From: Octopus vulgaris
Lineage: Eukaryota
Direction of reading: 5' to 3'
DNA: 64,000 nucleotides
Assembly (NCBI GenBank): GCA_951406725.2
Contig: OX597819.1
Coordinates: 55,552,001 to 55,616,000, forward strand
The position numbers and the translations under genes were made by a program. Under the pieces are notes generated by a model, which did no database searches, was not told where the DNA came from, and saw only the letters and a list, made by a program, of their open reading frames with translations. Positions 1-12,539 of this stretch are shown here, piece after piece (the first letter of the stretch is position 1; every line of letters starts with the position of its first letter).

Positions 1-996
1 CAGATTTTTTGAATAGCTATTCCACAAAAGTTGGAATTTCTCCACTTCAAAATTAAATCAAGCAAAAAACAAGAATATATTAACATCTACCTGATTTATA
101 TTGACATAATCCCCATCAAATTTAATTTTATACACCATTCTTTTAATTAATTTCCCACACAAGACAAAACAAACAGAAATAACTGTACCGTTTTATTTAG
201 GACTATTATACTTTTTAAGTTAAAAAAAAAAGAAAATTCTTTTCTACATTTTAAAAGGCTGAACTTGTCGAATTATGGATAGAAACTTCTTTCAAAATTC
301 TAATCTTGTTTTTCCCGCATTTACTCGTCAATGTTTGAATATTATTTTTTCCCATTGTGAATGGTACAATAAAGCGGGTGGAGGCAGGGATTAGATTCCC
401 ATTATGCAAATTGCATGTGTTTCAGCGCGTGGAATACGATAAAATGGGGGAAAATAACGAAATATATCTAATTTTTGAGTTGACTGTCGTTCCAAATCTA
501 CGATTAAACAAAATTAAATTTTCCACAATCATTAATCTCCTTTGCCATAATTTTGAAATGTATGACAAATAAAAAAAAGTGCGGAAATCACGACCAAAAC
601 GAAAAATTTTCAACTTATATGAGATAGCTTTTCCGAAAGTCCGCCGCGACCAATACTAGAATTCTATTCGTACCTCCAATTACTATTATTGCGGGAAGAA
701 AAGGAAGGAAAATTAGCCATTTCGAGCAATTAATATAGTAATTAACAGAGTTACGTCCCCTGTCATTCAATAAAATGTTTTCTAACAAGTTTTCCGAGAT
801 TTAAAGTTTATGCACATCTCGGGTTACTTTATAGAACCAGATTAGAGTACGAAGCGTGTAGTATGACTATAGCCGGGGAGTTAATCAATCACTAATGGCT
901 GATAAAAACAATGGGGACGATACGGTGCGGAATTACATAAAAGAGAACCCCTAAAATGTAAATAACAAAAACAAAAATATAATTAAGTATAACTGA

Positions 997-1248
997 GTGG
1001 AAGCGCGTGGCTTAGTGGTTAGGGTGTCAGCACCATGATCGTAAGACGGTGGTTTCGATTCCTGGACCGGCGACGCGTTGTGTTCTTGAGCAAAACATTT
1101 CATTTCACGTTGCTCCAGTTCACTCAGCTGGCAAAAATGAGTAACGCTGCGATAGATTGGCGTCCCGTCCAGCTGGGGAACACACACGCCATAGAAACCA
1201 GGAAACCGGGCCCATGAGCCTGGCTAGGCTTTAAAAGGGTGTATTTAT
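997..1248 (+). mobile_element. tRNA-derived SINE family C; related heads at 8683-9018(+), 10470-10752(-), 32369-32666(-) and 52256-52569(-)
   Basis: A box tggcttagtgg, B box gtttcgattcc; TSD tataactg; the 52256 copy has a 12-bp TSD ctaggtctttat. Confidence 0.85.
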
Positions 1249-2016
1249 TATAACTGGGAGCATATGCTTTCAGTCTTATTTACTGATTTCCTCCCATTTT
1301 CTTAGTTAACACTTGTAAATCTGCAACAAATGTATTCAACAATTTATTACAGATTCGAGGGTAAACACGGAAAATAAGAAGCCCCTACCATTCTTGACCC
1401 ACGAAAGATTAAGTACTTGTTCAACCTACGGAAAACAGTTGTTTCACACAAGTTGAATTTTTTCCCCGATTTCGTTGGGATTTTTCAAATTTTCCTTAAA
1501 AAAAGTAAATCTATAATTTTTTTCACCGTTACCCCCTTCCTCGTATCTTCACGACAACCATCATCATTAAAAAATAATTCCGCCCTCGCCCCTCACGTTA
1601 TAGCAATTCATATTTCGGAATATAATGCACTCAGCATTTTTAGAGGGTAAAAAATATAATCAATATGGTCGCAGAAAGACAAATAAATATTTTAAACGTC
1701 GCTCTCTCCACGTTATAGTGGAATCAGAAAGAGCAACCACCACTAAAATGATGTTTTTCTCATTATTTAACCATTCTGGAATTCGCATTAAAAAAATTTA
1801 AATCCTCTTTCATCGTACCTTTTTTTCGTTATTTTTGGTCTATTTTATTTTTCAGGCTTATAGCCATTCTGTTAAAATTTTGCTCTATACAACATCAAAA
1901 TTAAATTAAGAGGAAAATAGGAATATATTAACACCAGATTGACGTTGACATTGTTTCCATCAAATTTAATTTGATATTATTTTCATCTCGAGCACAAGAC
2001 AAAAATACAAATGAAT

Positions 2017-2402
2017 ACAGGAATGGCTGTGTGGTAAGTAGCTTGCTTACCAACCACATGGTTCCGGGTTCAGTCCCACTGCGTGGCACCTTGGGCAAGT
2101 GTCTTCTACTATAGCATCGGGCCGACCAAAGCCTTGTGAGTGGATTTGGTAGACGGAAACTGAAAGAAGCCCGTCGTATATATGTCTGTATAAGTATGTG
2201 TGTGTGTCTGTGCTTGTCCCCCCAACATCGCTTGACAACCGATTCTGGTGTGTTTACGTCCCCGTAATCTAGCGGTTCGGCAAAGGAGACAAATAGAATA
2301 AGAACTAGGCTTACAAAGAATAAATCCTGGGGTCGATTTGCTCGACTAAAAAGGCGGTGCTCCAGCATGGCCGCAGTCAAATGACTGAAACAAGTAAAAG
2401 AG
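2017..2402 (+). mobile_element. tRNA-derived SINE family A, full length; further copies at ~3109-3880, 7590-8220(-), 13640-13830(-), 14510-14883(-), 15495-15768(-), 16299-16644, 24360-24625(-), 29220-29345, 36684-36890, 47930-48565(-), 50515-50932(-), 52844-53215(-), 53668-53985(-) and 58155-58300
   Basis: A box tggctgtgtggtaag, B box ggttcagtccc, internal (TA/TG)n, tail cagtcaaatgactgaaacaagtaaaag. Confidence 0.88.
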
Positions 2403-3261
2403 AAAAAAAAAATAAGGTTTTGCTAAGGACAAGGTGTTGATGCGACAACTGTTGCTATGACAGAAAAAGGGCGGGGGACGAGAACTTTTTTGTTCCTTTA
2501 TACTTTTTTCAATTAAAAAAAAGTATTCTTTTCAACATAACAGAAACTATTGTTTTATAGATACCTCTGTTATTATTTTTTTTTGTAGTTATCAACACGC
2601 TGTATTAGATTCATTATTTGTTTTTATGGTGAAAAAGACGATGAGGAGAGGATTTTAAAAAAATGTGAACTACAAGTATTTCAGAATGTGGAATACAATA
2701 AAGTAGGAGAAAATAAAGATAAATATTTTAGCGGTGGTTGCTTTTCCAAAAGTACGATGAGGGAGAAGGGACCATTTTTTTTTCTGAAGTGTGTAAGTAC
2801 AATAAATATTTGAAAAGTCCCGTAGAAAATGGATAAAATCCAACTAAAGTTGGACAGCCATTCCAAAAGTCAGTCGGATAATATAGTTCTGGTTACAGAG
2901 GATACACAGAAGAAAATTGTCACAAACTGAACACTGAATATCTCTGATCGTCTTCCTACTTGATCGACACTCCCTGGGCTAAACAGCATCATAAACGCAA
3001 TAGAAACGAAGTGAAATTATGGAAGACTTGCAGCATCAAAATTGCTCCATCTCTCCCATAGTTATAGCTCACTAAATATTTTCCCAAATAAAGATATTAA
3101 ATATCATAGGCGCAGGAGTGGTTGTGTGATAAGTAGTTTGCTTACAAACCACATGGTTCCGGGTTCAGTTCCACTGCGTGGCACCTTGCGCAAATGTCTT
3201 CTATAGCCTCGGGCCTACCAAAGCTTTATGAGTGGAGATGGTAGACGGAAACTGAAAGAAG

Positions 3262-3665
3262 CCCGACGAGCTGGCAGAAACGTTAACACGCCGGGCGAAA
3301 TGCTTAGCGGTATTTCGTCTGTCGTTACGTTCTGAGTTCAAATTCCGCCGAGGTCGACTTTGCCTTTCATCCTTTTGGGGTCGATAAATTAAGTACCAGT
3401 TACGCACTGGGGTCGATGTAATCGACTTAATACCTATGTCTGTCCTTGTTTGTCCCTTCTATGTTTAGCCCCTTGTGGGTAATAAAGAAATAGGTATTTC
3501 GTCTGCCGCTATGTTCTGAATTCAAATTCCGCCGAGGTCGACTTTGCCTTTCATCCTTAAGGGGTCGATTAAATAAGTACCTGTTACGCACTGAGTCGAT
3601 GTAATCGACTTAATCCGTTTGTCTGTTCTTGTTTGTCCCCTCTGTGTGTGGCCCGTAAAGAAATA
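3262..3665 (+). mobile_element. SINE family B nested in a SINE family A copy
   Basis: 15-bp TSD ggaaactgaaagaag at 3247-3261 and 3666-3680. Confidence 0.88.
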
Positions 3666-3684
3666 GGAAACTGAAAGAAGATCG

Positions 3685-3730
<46 letters not shown>

Positions 3731-4020
3731 TGGTGTGTTTACGTCCCCGTAACTTACCGGTTTGGCAAAAGAGACCGATAGAATAAGTACTGGGCTTACA
3801 AAGAATAAGTCCTGAGGTCGATTTGTTCGACTAAAGGCGGTGCTCCAGCATGGCTGCAGTCAAATGACAAACAAGAAAAATAATAAAAGAATAATTAATT
3901 TAACTGGTTGTTTGACCTTAGATCGGGGAGGCTTTAATCAAAAGCTTTCCAGTTGTAACCAATTTTTTAAAGTCAGTGACTACACTATTCAGTGCATCCC
4001 TCTTTTAAGACAAGGTATGA

Positions 4021-4842
4021 GGCGGCGAGCTGTGAGAACCGTTAGCACGCCGGGCGAAATGCGTAGCCGTATTTCGTCTGCCACTACGTTCTGAGTTCAA
4101 ATTCCGCCGAGGTCGACTTTGCCTTTCATCTTTTCGGGGTCGATTAAATAAGTACCAGTTACGCACTGGGGTCGATGTAATCGACTTAATCCGTTTGTCT
4201 GTCCTTTTTTGTTCCCTCTGTGTTTAGCCCCTTGTGAGTAAAGAAATAGGTATTTCGTCCGTCTTTACTTACGTTCTGAGTTCGTCAAATTCCTCCGAAG
4301 TCGACTCTGCCTTTCATCTTTTCGGGGTCGATAAATTAAGTACCAGTTGCGTAAAGGGGTCGATCTAATCGACTGGGCCACTCCCCTAAAATTTGGGGCT
4401 TTTTGCCTAGAGTAGAAAAGATCATTATACGCCGAGTGTAAGGTGGCGAGCTGGCAGAAACGTTAGCAGGCCGGGCGAAATGCATAGCCGTATTTCGTCT
4501 GCCGTTACGTTCTGAGTTCAAATTCCGCCGAGGTTGACTTTGCCTTTCATCCTTTCGGGGTCGATAAATTAAGTACCAGTTACGCACTGGGGTCGATGTA
4601 ATCGACTTAATCCATTTGTCTGTCCTTGCATGTCCCCTCTGTGTGTAGCCCCTTGTGGGCAGTAAAGAAATAGGTATTTCGTCTATCTTTGCGTTCTGAG
4701 TTCAAATTCCGCCGAGGTCGACTTTGCCTTTCATCCTTTCGGGGTCGATAAATTAAGTACCTGTTGCGTACAGGAGTCGATCTAATCGACTGGCCTCCTC
4801 CCCACTAATTTCGGGCCTTGTTCCTAGAGTAGAAAAAATGAT
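4021..4842 (+). mobile_element. Two tandem SINE family B copies, each with a duplicated ~185-bp core
   Basis: ggcggcgagctggcagaa head, gttcaaattcc B box; 9-bp flanking repeat aaggtatga at 4012-4020/4843-4851. Confidence 0.85.
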
Positions 4843-6989
4843 AAGGTATGATTTAAGGGAGGTTTGGCCGCTATTTCTAGTGGGCCGCATGGACCACATA
4901 AAGGCTTCTTCGTTTGTTTAAATTTTATAAGTTAAAACAAATAAATACTACGTCAAACAGAATTCATTTGATATGACATGCATTACACTGCAGGCTTTGT
5001 AAACTTTGTCAAGTTAAAAGCTAAAATTAGAAACAAAACAATTTCAGACTTATTAGACACCTCACTTGTAAACAATATTTTCCGCTGTCATTAGTGACAG
5101 AATTTGAAACGCACCAAAGACGGAACCACAGCTCGATGTGCTAGAAACAGCAGCCAAATCTTCTTCCAGTTACTCCCTACCGATGTTCCATCTAAGCTGA
5201 GTGCGTGCACTTGTTCTACAACTAAGGTGTTTATGTATGTAAGAAGAATTGAACACGCTATGTTTTCAAGATGAAAGCGGATTTTTTTTTAAATTGAAGA
5301 CGCGCAAATACTTGGCAATGAAAGAAAAATTCGCACATAATGCAACTTTCTGCGTATACCCACACCACCAGCTTACATAAAGTGCTTATTGTAGTGTACA
5401 GTACTCAGATTCATTACAAGGAAACACAGGATAACGTGGGCGAATACACCTAAAAAGGGACAAGATGGTCAAAGAAAAATACGTTTGAAAATGGGTCTGA
5501 TCACTTAAGGTTGACTTAAGAGCTAAACAACAATAACTGAATTTAAGATATCGACAGATTAATATAATAAAGTAGTCCATATAGTTAGTCAATGATTACT
5601 GAATTATAGACATTTATAAGAAGCTATGTGTAAATTACGACAGTTATCTAACTAATGAGAACAAACCAGCTTCGTTGTAATAAAATTACTGAAATTTTAG
5701 GCGACTTGGGGATTGTGTGTATTAGTAAGATTCAATGAACTTGTTTAGCCTCTTTTCAGCCTGTAGTCAAAAGCGCTTCAGCAAGACCCTCCCCATCTTC
5801 TATCGGGAATTGAGTATAGCCTTAGTTAAAGATGCGACTGTTGTTTCTAGGAGCTCGAGTAACCACGGATCATTCTCCACTTGCACATGTACGTATGTTC
5901 GAGCACTTTGGCTGCTGGTTAGGCCTATGAATCAAAAGCGTTCCCGCGATGACCATCTCGTCTTTTTATATTGCTGAGACTGCATTATCCAATGTGTCCT
6001 TCCTTTAAGACATTATTTAAGAAAACTTAGCTGTTATTTTTAACATGTCATACGACCATGTAGAAGTTTCTCGTTGACTAGTTAATTGAAGAAATAAGTC
6101 TAACTTGAGACAAAAGGTGAAAATAATAAGGTCAGTAAAGTATTTCGATGCATCTAGGACGGGCATAACATCAAACCTTATAAACCAAAAATTGTTAGAA
6201 GCAGTATTCCAGTGGCCAAAACACTGACAATAAAATATTAAATGAAGTCATTTACAAGTAAAACACATATTGCATACAGTACACGCATGAAGTTAATTAT
6301 ATATGTTAATATGGCCTACCTCAGTCAAGCTGTGTCCGTCTGATGTAGATATGAAATTATCAGTATTTATTATGTTTGACAATAAACTAGATAGCTGAAG
6401 CAAATATGAACTCTTCCAAAAATACAAATTCTTAACGTGACTATTTTATAAGACAGTTCTATATTTTATGTCGACAACTGAGGTGAAGGCGTGCAAACAA
6501 CGAATGAAGCAAAGAAAAACTCTTACACAAAATGTGTATATATGCACGTTTGTACACATATATACGCTCATATAGATGTGACCACTGGTGAATTTAGTGC
6601 ATAACGAAGTGTTTAAACAATGATTTATAAAAGTTGTGGGATTTTAGGTACAGGAAAAGAACAACGAATTAAGTGTTCCGCAAAATAAGCAGTGGATTAG
6701 CTAAATCAGTAAAGTATCGGGCTAAAAGTCTGGCAATATTTAATTGCGTTCGTTGGTCTTTCCCTTCTGAGATCAAAGAGTCGACTCTGCCATTCATGCT
6801 TTGAGGATCGATAAAATAAGTACCAGCTGAGCACTGGGGTCAATGAAATCGACTTGGCCACTTCTTCCGACATTGCTGGCCTTGTGCCAAAAATCTGAAA
6901 TCAGTATTTGGTTGCGTTTGTTCACGTTCTGAATTCATCTTCCTCTTTCGGGGATCGTCAAATGAGTGCCAGTCAAAATATTAGTTTTA

Positions 6990-7572
6990 CATTTCAGTAC
7001 AAGGTCAACAGGTTCGAGGTGGGGGATAACTAGATTACATCGAGCCTGTCTGCAACTAATACTTATTTTATCGACCCCGAGAGGATGCAAGGCAAAGTCG
7101 ACCTCGATGGGATTTGAACGCAGAACGAAAAGACGGACGAAATGTCGCTAAGCATTTTGCCTGTCGTGCTAACAGTTCTTTCTTTATTGCCCACAAGGGG
7201 CCACACAGAGGGGACAAACAAGGACAGACAAACAGATTAAGTCGATTATATCGACCCCAGTGCGTAACTGGTACTTATTTAATCGACCCCGAAAGGATGA
7301 AAGGCAAAGTCGACCTTGGTGGAATTTGAACTCAGAACGTAGCGGCAGACGAAGTACCTATTTCTTTACTACCCACAAGGGGCTAAACACAGAGAGGACA
7401 GACAAACGGATTAAGTCGATTACATCGACCCCAGGGCGTAACTGGCACTTATTTAATCGACCCCTTAAGGCAAAGTCGACATCGGCGGAATTTGAACTCA
7501 GAACGTAGTGGCAGACGAAATACTGCTAAGCATTTCGCCCGGCGTGCTAACGTTTCTGTCAGCTTGCCGCCT
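6990..7572 (-). mobile_element. SINE family B copies (minus strand); others at ~6770-6900(+), 17605-17750(-) and 22220-22635(+)
   Basis: Reverse complement of the family B core. Confidence 0.82.
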
Positions 7573-7781
7573 TAGTACCTCTTTTCCTCTTTTACTTTGT
7601 TTCAGTCATTTGACTACGGCCATGCTGGAGCACCGCCTTTAGTCGAGCAAATCGACCCCAGGACTTATTCTTTGTAAGACTAGTACTTATTCTATCGGTT
7701 TCTTTTGCCGAACCACTAAGTTACGGCGACGTAAACACACCACCATCGATAGTCAAGCGATGTTGGGTGGAACAAACACAG

Positions 7782-7824
<43 letters not shown>

Positions 7825-9439
7825 CGACGGGCTTCTTTCAGTTTCCGTCTACCAAATTCACTCACAAGGCTTTGGTTGGCCCGGGGCTACAGTCGAAGAC
7901 ACATACCCAAAGTGCCTCGCAGTGAGAACGAACCCGGAACCATGTGGTTGGTAAACACACCACCATCAATAGTCAGGTGATGTGGGGGGAGGAGACAAAC
8001 ACAGACACAACCATATACACACATACATATATACGACGGGCTTCTTTCAGTTTCCGTTTACCAAATTCACTCACAAGGCTTTGGTTGTCCTGAGGCTATA
8101 GTAGAAGACACATGCCCAAGGTGCCACGCAGTGGGAATGAACCTGGAACCATGTGGTTGGTAAGCAAGCTACATACCACACATGCGACCAGTCAAAAAAA
8201 TATTGAATCTATCTCATGGATTATATTTCCGTTTCAAATTTGCGGCCATCTCCGTTGATTAGGAATCAATTTGTATTCTGTAAATTCAGTGTGTTAACAG
8301 AACTGTGAAAAAATAAAATACTTTTCTAATACTTAATAGTGTTTAATTGGTAAATTTAGTGTTTATATATTTAATGAAGTAAATATCAAAAGTTTAAGTA
8401 GATATACTGTACTTATATGGTGAGGAAAAGAAAACAGCGCGAATCGTTTTCGGCGAGTAGGGGAGACAACTTTGGAAATGTTTCAGTATTATTAAACATC
8501 ATCGACGAAAACATAATCTTCACAATACTTTGCCGGAAAGGTGGTGAGATAATCACCAAATAGATACATAATATTGTATACAAGTAAACGTGGAAATTAA
8601 ACAAGTTTTTAAAAAACTCACCGAAGTTACATTACTTAGAGATGCTACCTGCATGAAAAGCAATAAAATTAACGTTAGTATGTGAAGGCGCATGGCTCAG
8701 TGGTTAGAGCATCGAGCTTACGATCGTGAGGTTGTGAGCTCGAATCCCGGACCGGGCTGCGTGTTGTGTTCTTGAGCAAGACACTTTATTTCACGTTGTT
8801 CCAGTTCACTCAGCTGTAGAAATGAGTTGCGACGTCACAGGTGCCAAGCTTATCAGCCTTTGCCTTTCCCTTGGATAACACAGGTGACGTGGAGAGGGGA
8901 GGCCGGTATGCATGGGCGACTGCTGGTCTTCCATAAACAACCTTGCCCGGAATTGTGCCTGGGAGGGTAACTTTCTAGGTGCAATCCCATGGTCTGTATC
9001 GTAACCGAAAGGGGTCTCAGTATGCTTACTATAATGAGCATAAAAAATCTAATTGGAAATACTTATGTAGTGAGGAAAAGACAACCGGTACTGATAAAAT
9101 TATACCGGCGAACTTTTGTTTCTCAGTTATTTTATTATTTCTTTATGGGTTGAATTTGTTTTTAGTTCGAATTTGCGCACTCGACAGTAGTTAAGAGAAT
9201 TAAGACAAATTCGAAGTCGTCGCAATGGCATGGGAAGAGAGGGACTGAAAGCAACTGTCAAAGGAGGTGTTCATTTCTTAGACTCCGAGTCTTTCTTGCC
9301 GTAATTGTCTTGAGCTTACGTGAAGGAAATGGATGATCAGATGTCAAAACAAAATCAGCTCGGATCAAATAAACCTGTTATCAAGGCATTTGAACAGTAA
9401 CTATCTTGTCTTCTTTTTTTTTTATCAGGTATAGTGTAT

Positions 9440-10330
9440 CAAGGATTAGAATATTCAATGTCACTCTTTGTATTAAAGAGAATACGATCTGATACGAGGC
9501 AAATTTTACTACTATTTATTGCAGGTTGAGCGACAACGTAGTTATATTTTTGGCACAGGAACTGAAATAGTTCATTTTCCATGCTGGATTTCTTTTCCAC
9601 TCCATTAAACGTTCCTGAATCCAAATGGCACGAAAGCGGATCACGCGTGATAAATCACAAAACTTCCTAGAAAAATCTTGCAAGATGTAGCAGAATGATA
9701 AAGAACACCAAAGCGTCCAGTCGAAAAGCCATGTTTTGGAGTGCAATATCAGATTACAAAACCGATGGAAGAGGAGCATACGTTCTTTCCTAGCAGCCTT
9801 TAAAATTTCGTTTGGAGCCGAATGGTTCAGTGCATTGCTGCTTTTAGATCCTTCGCAGTCTCTGTCTCACTTCTTTAAATGTAACCGATTCATCATCCTC
9901 GTTGGTCGGTGACACACTGGTCTTCCCCGTGCAGTTTCTGACAATATGCACACCATAGTCAGTTACATCAGATGCCTAATGTCGTTGCAAAGTATACAAA
10001 CTGCTCCAAAATCAATCGATGTGGCGAGCGTTTGTCATCAAAGTTACAGCTGTTCGTTGACCTAATAGTAGGAGAATGCACTACATTAAGTTCTCCAGCC
10101 GTGTATACACACACATATATATGATAGCAGAATATATAGTCAAATCGCATTTCACAGCACTCCCCACGATCACCTCCATTAAGGTTTTATGGCTCTCTCC
10201 CACCTAAATTATACTTTGAGGACTATCAAAGGCTGAATTTCTCAGTTCGCTTCACTTGTCCGCATGGATACCTCTACCCTGAATGAATATATACTGCAAC
10301 TTTAATAACTAAATGTTTCAAGAGACAGGA
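9440..10330 (-). mobile_element. Highly decayed RTE-like LINE RT fragment
   Basis: Minus translation SKSSNALNHSAPNEILKAARKERMLLFHRFCNLILHSKTWLFDW resembles KAPGxDxIPxELLK...L..LCN.IW....P.DW; boundaries approximate. Confidence 0.5.
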
Positions 10331-10768
10331 CATTTAGGCAGCAGAAACGTGAATGTAAGAAGTATACTGTAATAGCAAATCTTGAAGACGTAGAATTCTC
10401 CATTCTTTTTTTTATCATGTTTTATATAGGTATTGTTCAGCGTTACGTCCAACTCCTACTGTAAGGTTGTTTGTTCCTTCTCGAGCTACGCATGGCTCAT
10501 AGGGCCGGTTTTCCGTTTTCCTTGGCGTATAGGTTCCCCACCTGGACGGGGCGCCGGTCAGTCGCAGGTGAGCTGCAAGATGCAGGAGGAAAGAGTGAGA
10601 GAAAGATGTGACGAAAGAGTCAGCAGAAGTTCGCCATTACCTTCTGCCGGAGTGCGTGGAGCTTTGGTGTTTCGCTCATAAACACACACATCGCCCGGTC
10701 TGAGATTCGAACCCGCGAGTCCGCTGCTCTAACCATTAGGCCATGTGCCTCTACATTTGTATATATAA

Positions 10769-11320
10769 TCTATATATATAAATTTGACATAGGTGATTCT
10801 TTCTTGTCTTGGGGTACACGGTCAAACAGCTGGGTGGAATTGCGCGAAAAATTTCACAGATATGTAGAATGATCCGGTAGTGTTGCTGGGTTTTACATTT
10901 TTTCATAGTTCCCATGGCTACCGAAATAATATACTATAATAATAATACTCGTGTTTATGAATGAGAAAGGAAGCGGTGATAGATGAATAAGGAAGGAAGG
11001 GGCGAGTGTTTCAACTCTCTGTGAATATGTGTATGTAAAAGGGGGTATGTGAATGTGTGTGTGTACGAGTGTGTGTGTGTGTGTGTGCGTGTGCAATGGA
11101 AGTGGGATGGTTCATCTTTGTTCGCTTAGTATTTGGGTCTATTTTTTGATTTGTTTGAATCTTTGTTGGTCAGTTACTTTTAGCGTTTTGACAGAAAACA
11201 AAGTCATTCTAAAATTGTTTTTTAACGAAAGTGTGTCCGAACAAGTCGAATTCTTACACAGAGCAGGTTTTACAGCCACATCATCCAAACCGACCGGGTG
11301 AAACCGGGCTTAGCTGCTAG
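10769..11320 (+). mobile_element. Non-autonomous Helitron, copy 1
   Basis: A|TC 5' end; 3' hairpin ccgggtgaaaccggg followed by CTAG. Confidence 0.8.
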
Positions 11321-12154
11321 TCTATACGTATAAATTCGACATGGGCGATTCTTTCTTGTCTTGTGATTCACGGTCAAACGGTCGGGTGAAATTGCGTGAA
11401 AATTTACACAGATGTGGAGGATGATCTGGTGGTGATGCTGGACTTTATATTTTTTCATAGCCCCCCTGGTTACCGAGATAATCTACTATAATAATACTCT
11501 TGTGTTTATGAATGAGAAAGGAAGGGGTGATGTCATATTTTTCGTAGCTCCCATGGTTACCGAGATAATCAACTATAATAATACTCTTGTGTCTACAAAT
11601 GAGAAAGGAAGGGGTGATATCATACTTGGTAGTGGAATTATAAGAATTGTACGCTGAAAAAATTAATCAAACAGCGTTTCAACTCTGATTCTGAAAAAAA
11701 AACAAAAAAAAAAAACGGCATTTAAAAATTTTTATTTCCTCCAACCCAAAACTCTTCCAATTTTCACTTTTTTCTTAAAAATTGAAACTTGACATTTTTT
11801 TTTCAGAATTATAATCTATTCAAATTTCGCAAAAAAAAAAAAATCTGGTAAAAGTGAAAATTGAAGAATTTAGGGGTGGGGTGGGGAACTGTATGTAAAC
11901 AGGAAAGGGGAGTATGTGAATGTGTGTACGCAATGGAAATGGGATGGTTCATCTTTGCTCACTTAATATTTGTGTTTATTTTTTGATTTGGTTGAATCTT
12001 GATTGTATTTTTTTTTGCTGGTCAATTACTTTTAGCGTTTTGACAGAAAAGTCATTCTAAAATTTTTAACGTAAGCGTGCCCAAACATGTCGAATGCTTA
12101 CACAGAGCAGGTTTTACAGCCACATCATCCAAACCGACCGGGTTTAGCTGTTAG
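11321..12154 (+). mobile_element. Non-autonomous Helitron, copy 2 (head-to-tail with copy 1)
   Basis: Begins TC immediately after the CTAG of copy 1; homologous body; ends TTAG|T; carries an internal duplication and an extra ~270-bp segment. Confidence 0.78.
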
Positions 12155-12539
12155 TAATATACACTACATGAAATTCAAATCCTGACGTAAGCATTAAGCA
12201 CATCTACCACTGTAGCAAGTTTTTATAGGCAGATACTACCTTACAACATACACTGTATTAAGTCCAGCTTCCACCATAAGAATATACAAAAGTAGATGTC
12301 CGTACTGCAATGCTGTATCTTATACTATTCACCACGATATGCAAGGTAATGCAGTGTTATCCTCAAGTAGAAGCGAGACACAACCGGAAAATACGCGAGC
12401 TGCGCCTAGTCATTTGTTTGACTATTTATGTGCCATACAACAGCACAGTCAGAGGTGACTTGGAGCGGGACAACACATCTTGCAGTCTTATACTGTATTA
12501 AAGGCGGACGTAAAGAATTTGGACCACATCCGCTTTGGT

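Noticed and set aside
997-1075. tRNA-like sequences at SINE heads (also 8686, 2020 and 16300)
   Set aside because: A and B boxes are present but there is no complete cloverleaf, and each continues into a SINE body
1928-2380. 150-aa ORF and the many similar short ORFs (MRNWYL..., ...DGLLSVSVYQIHSQGFG...)
   Set aside because: They are translations of SINE families A, B and C, not genes
3300-4800. Regularly recurring ~185-bp units resembling a CRISPR array or satellite
   Set aside because: Internal duplications of SINE B; no unique spacers, no cas genes, eukaryotic context
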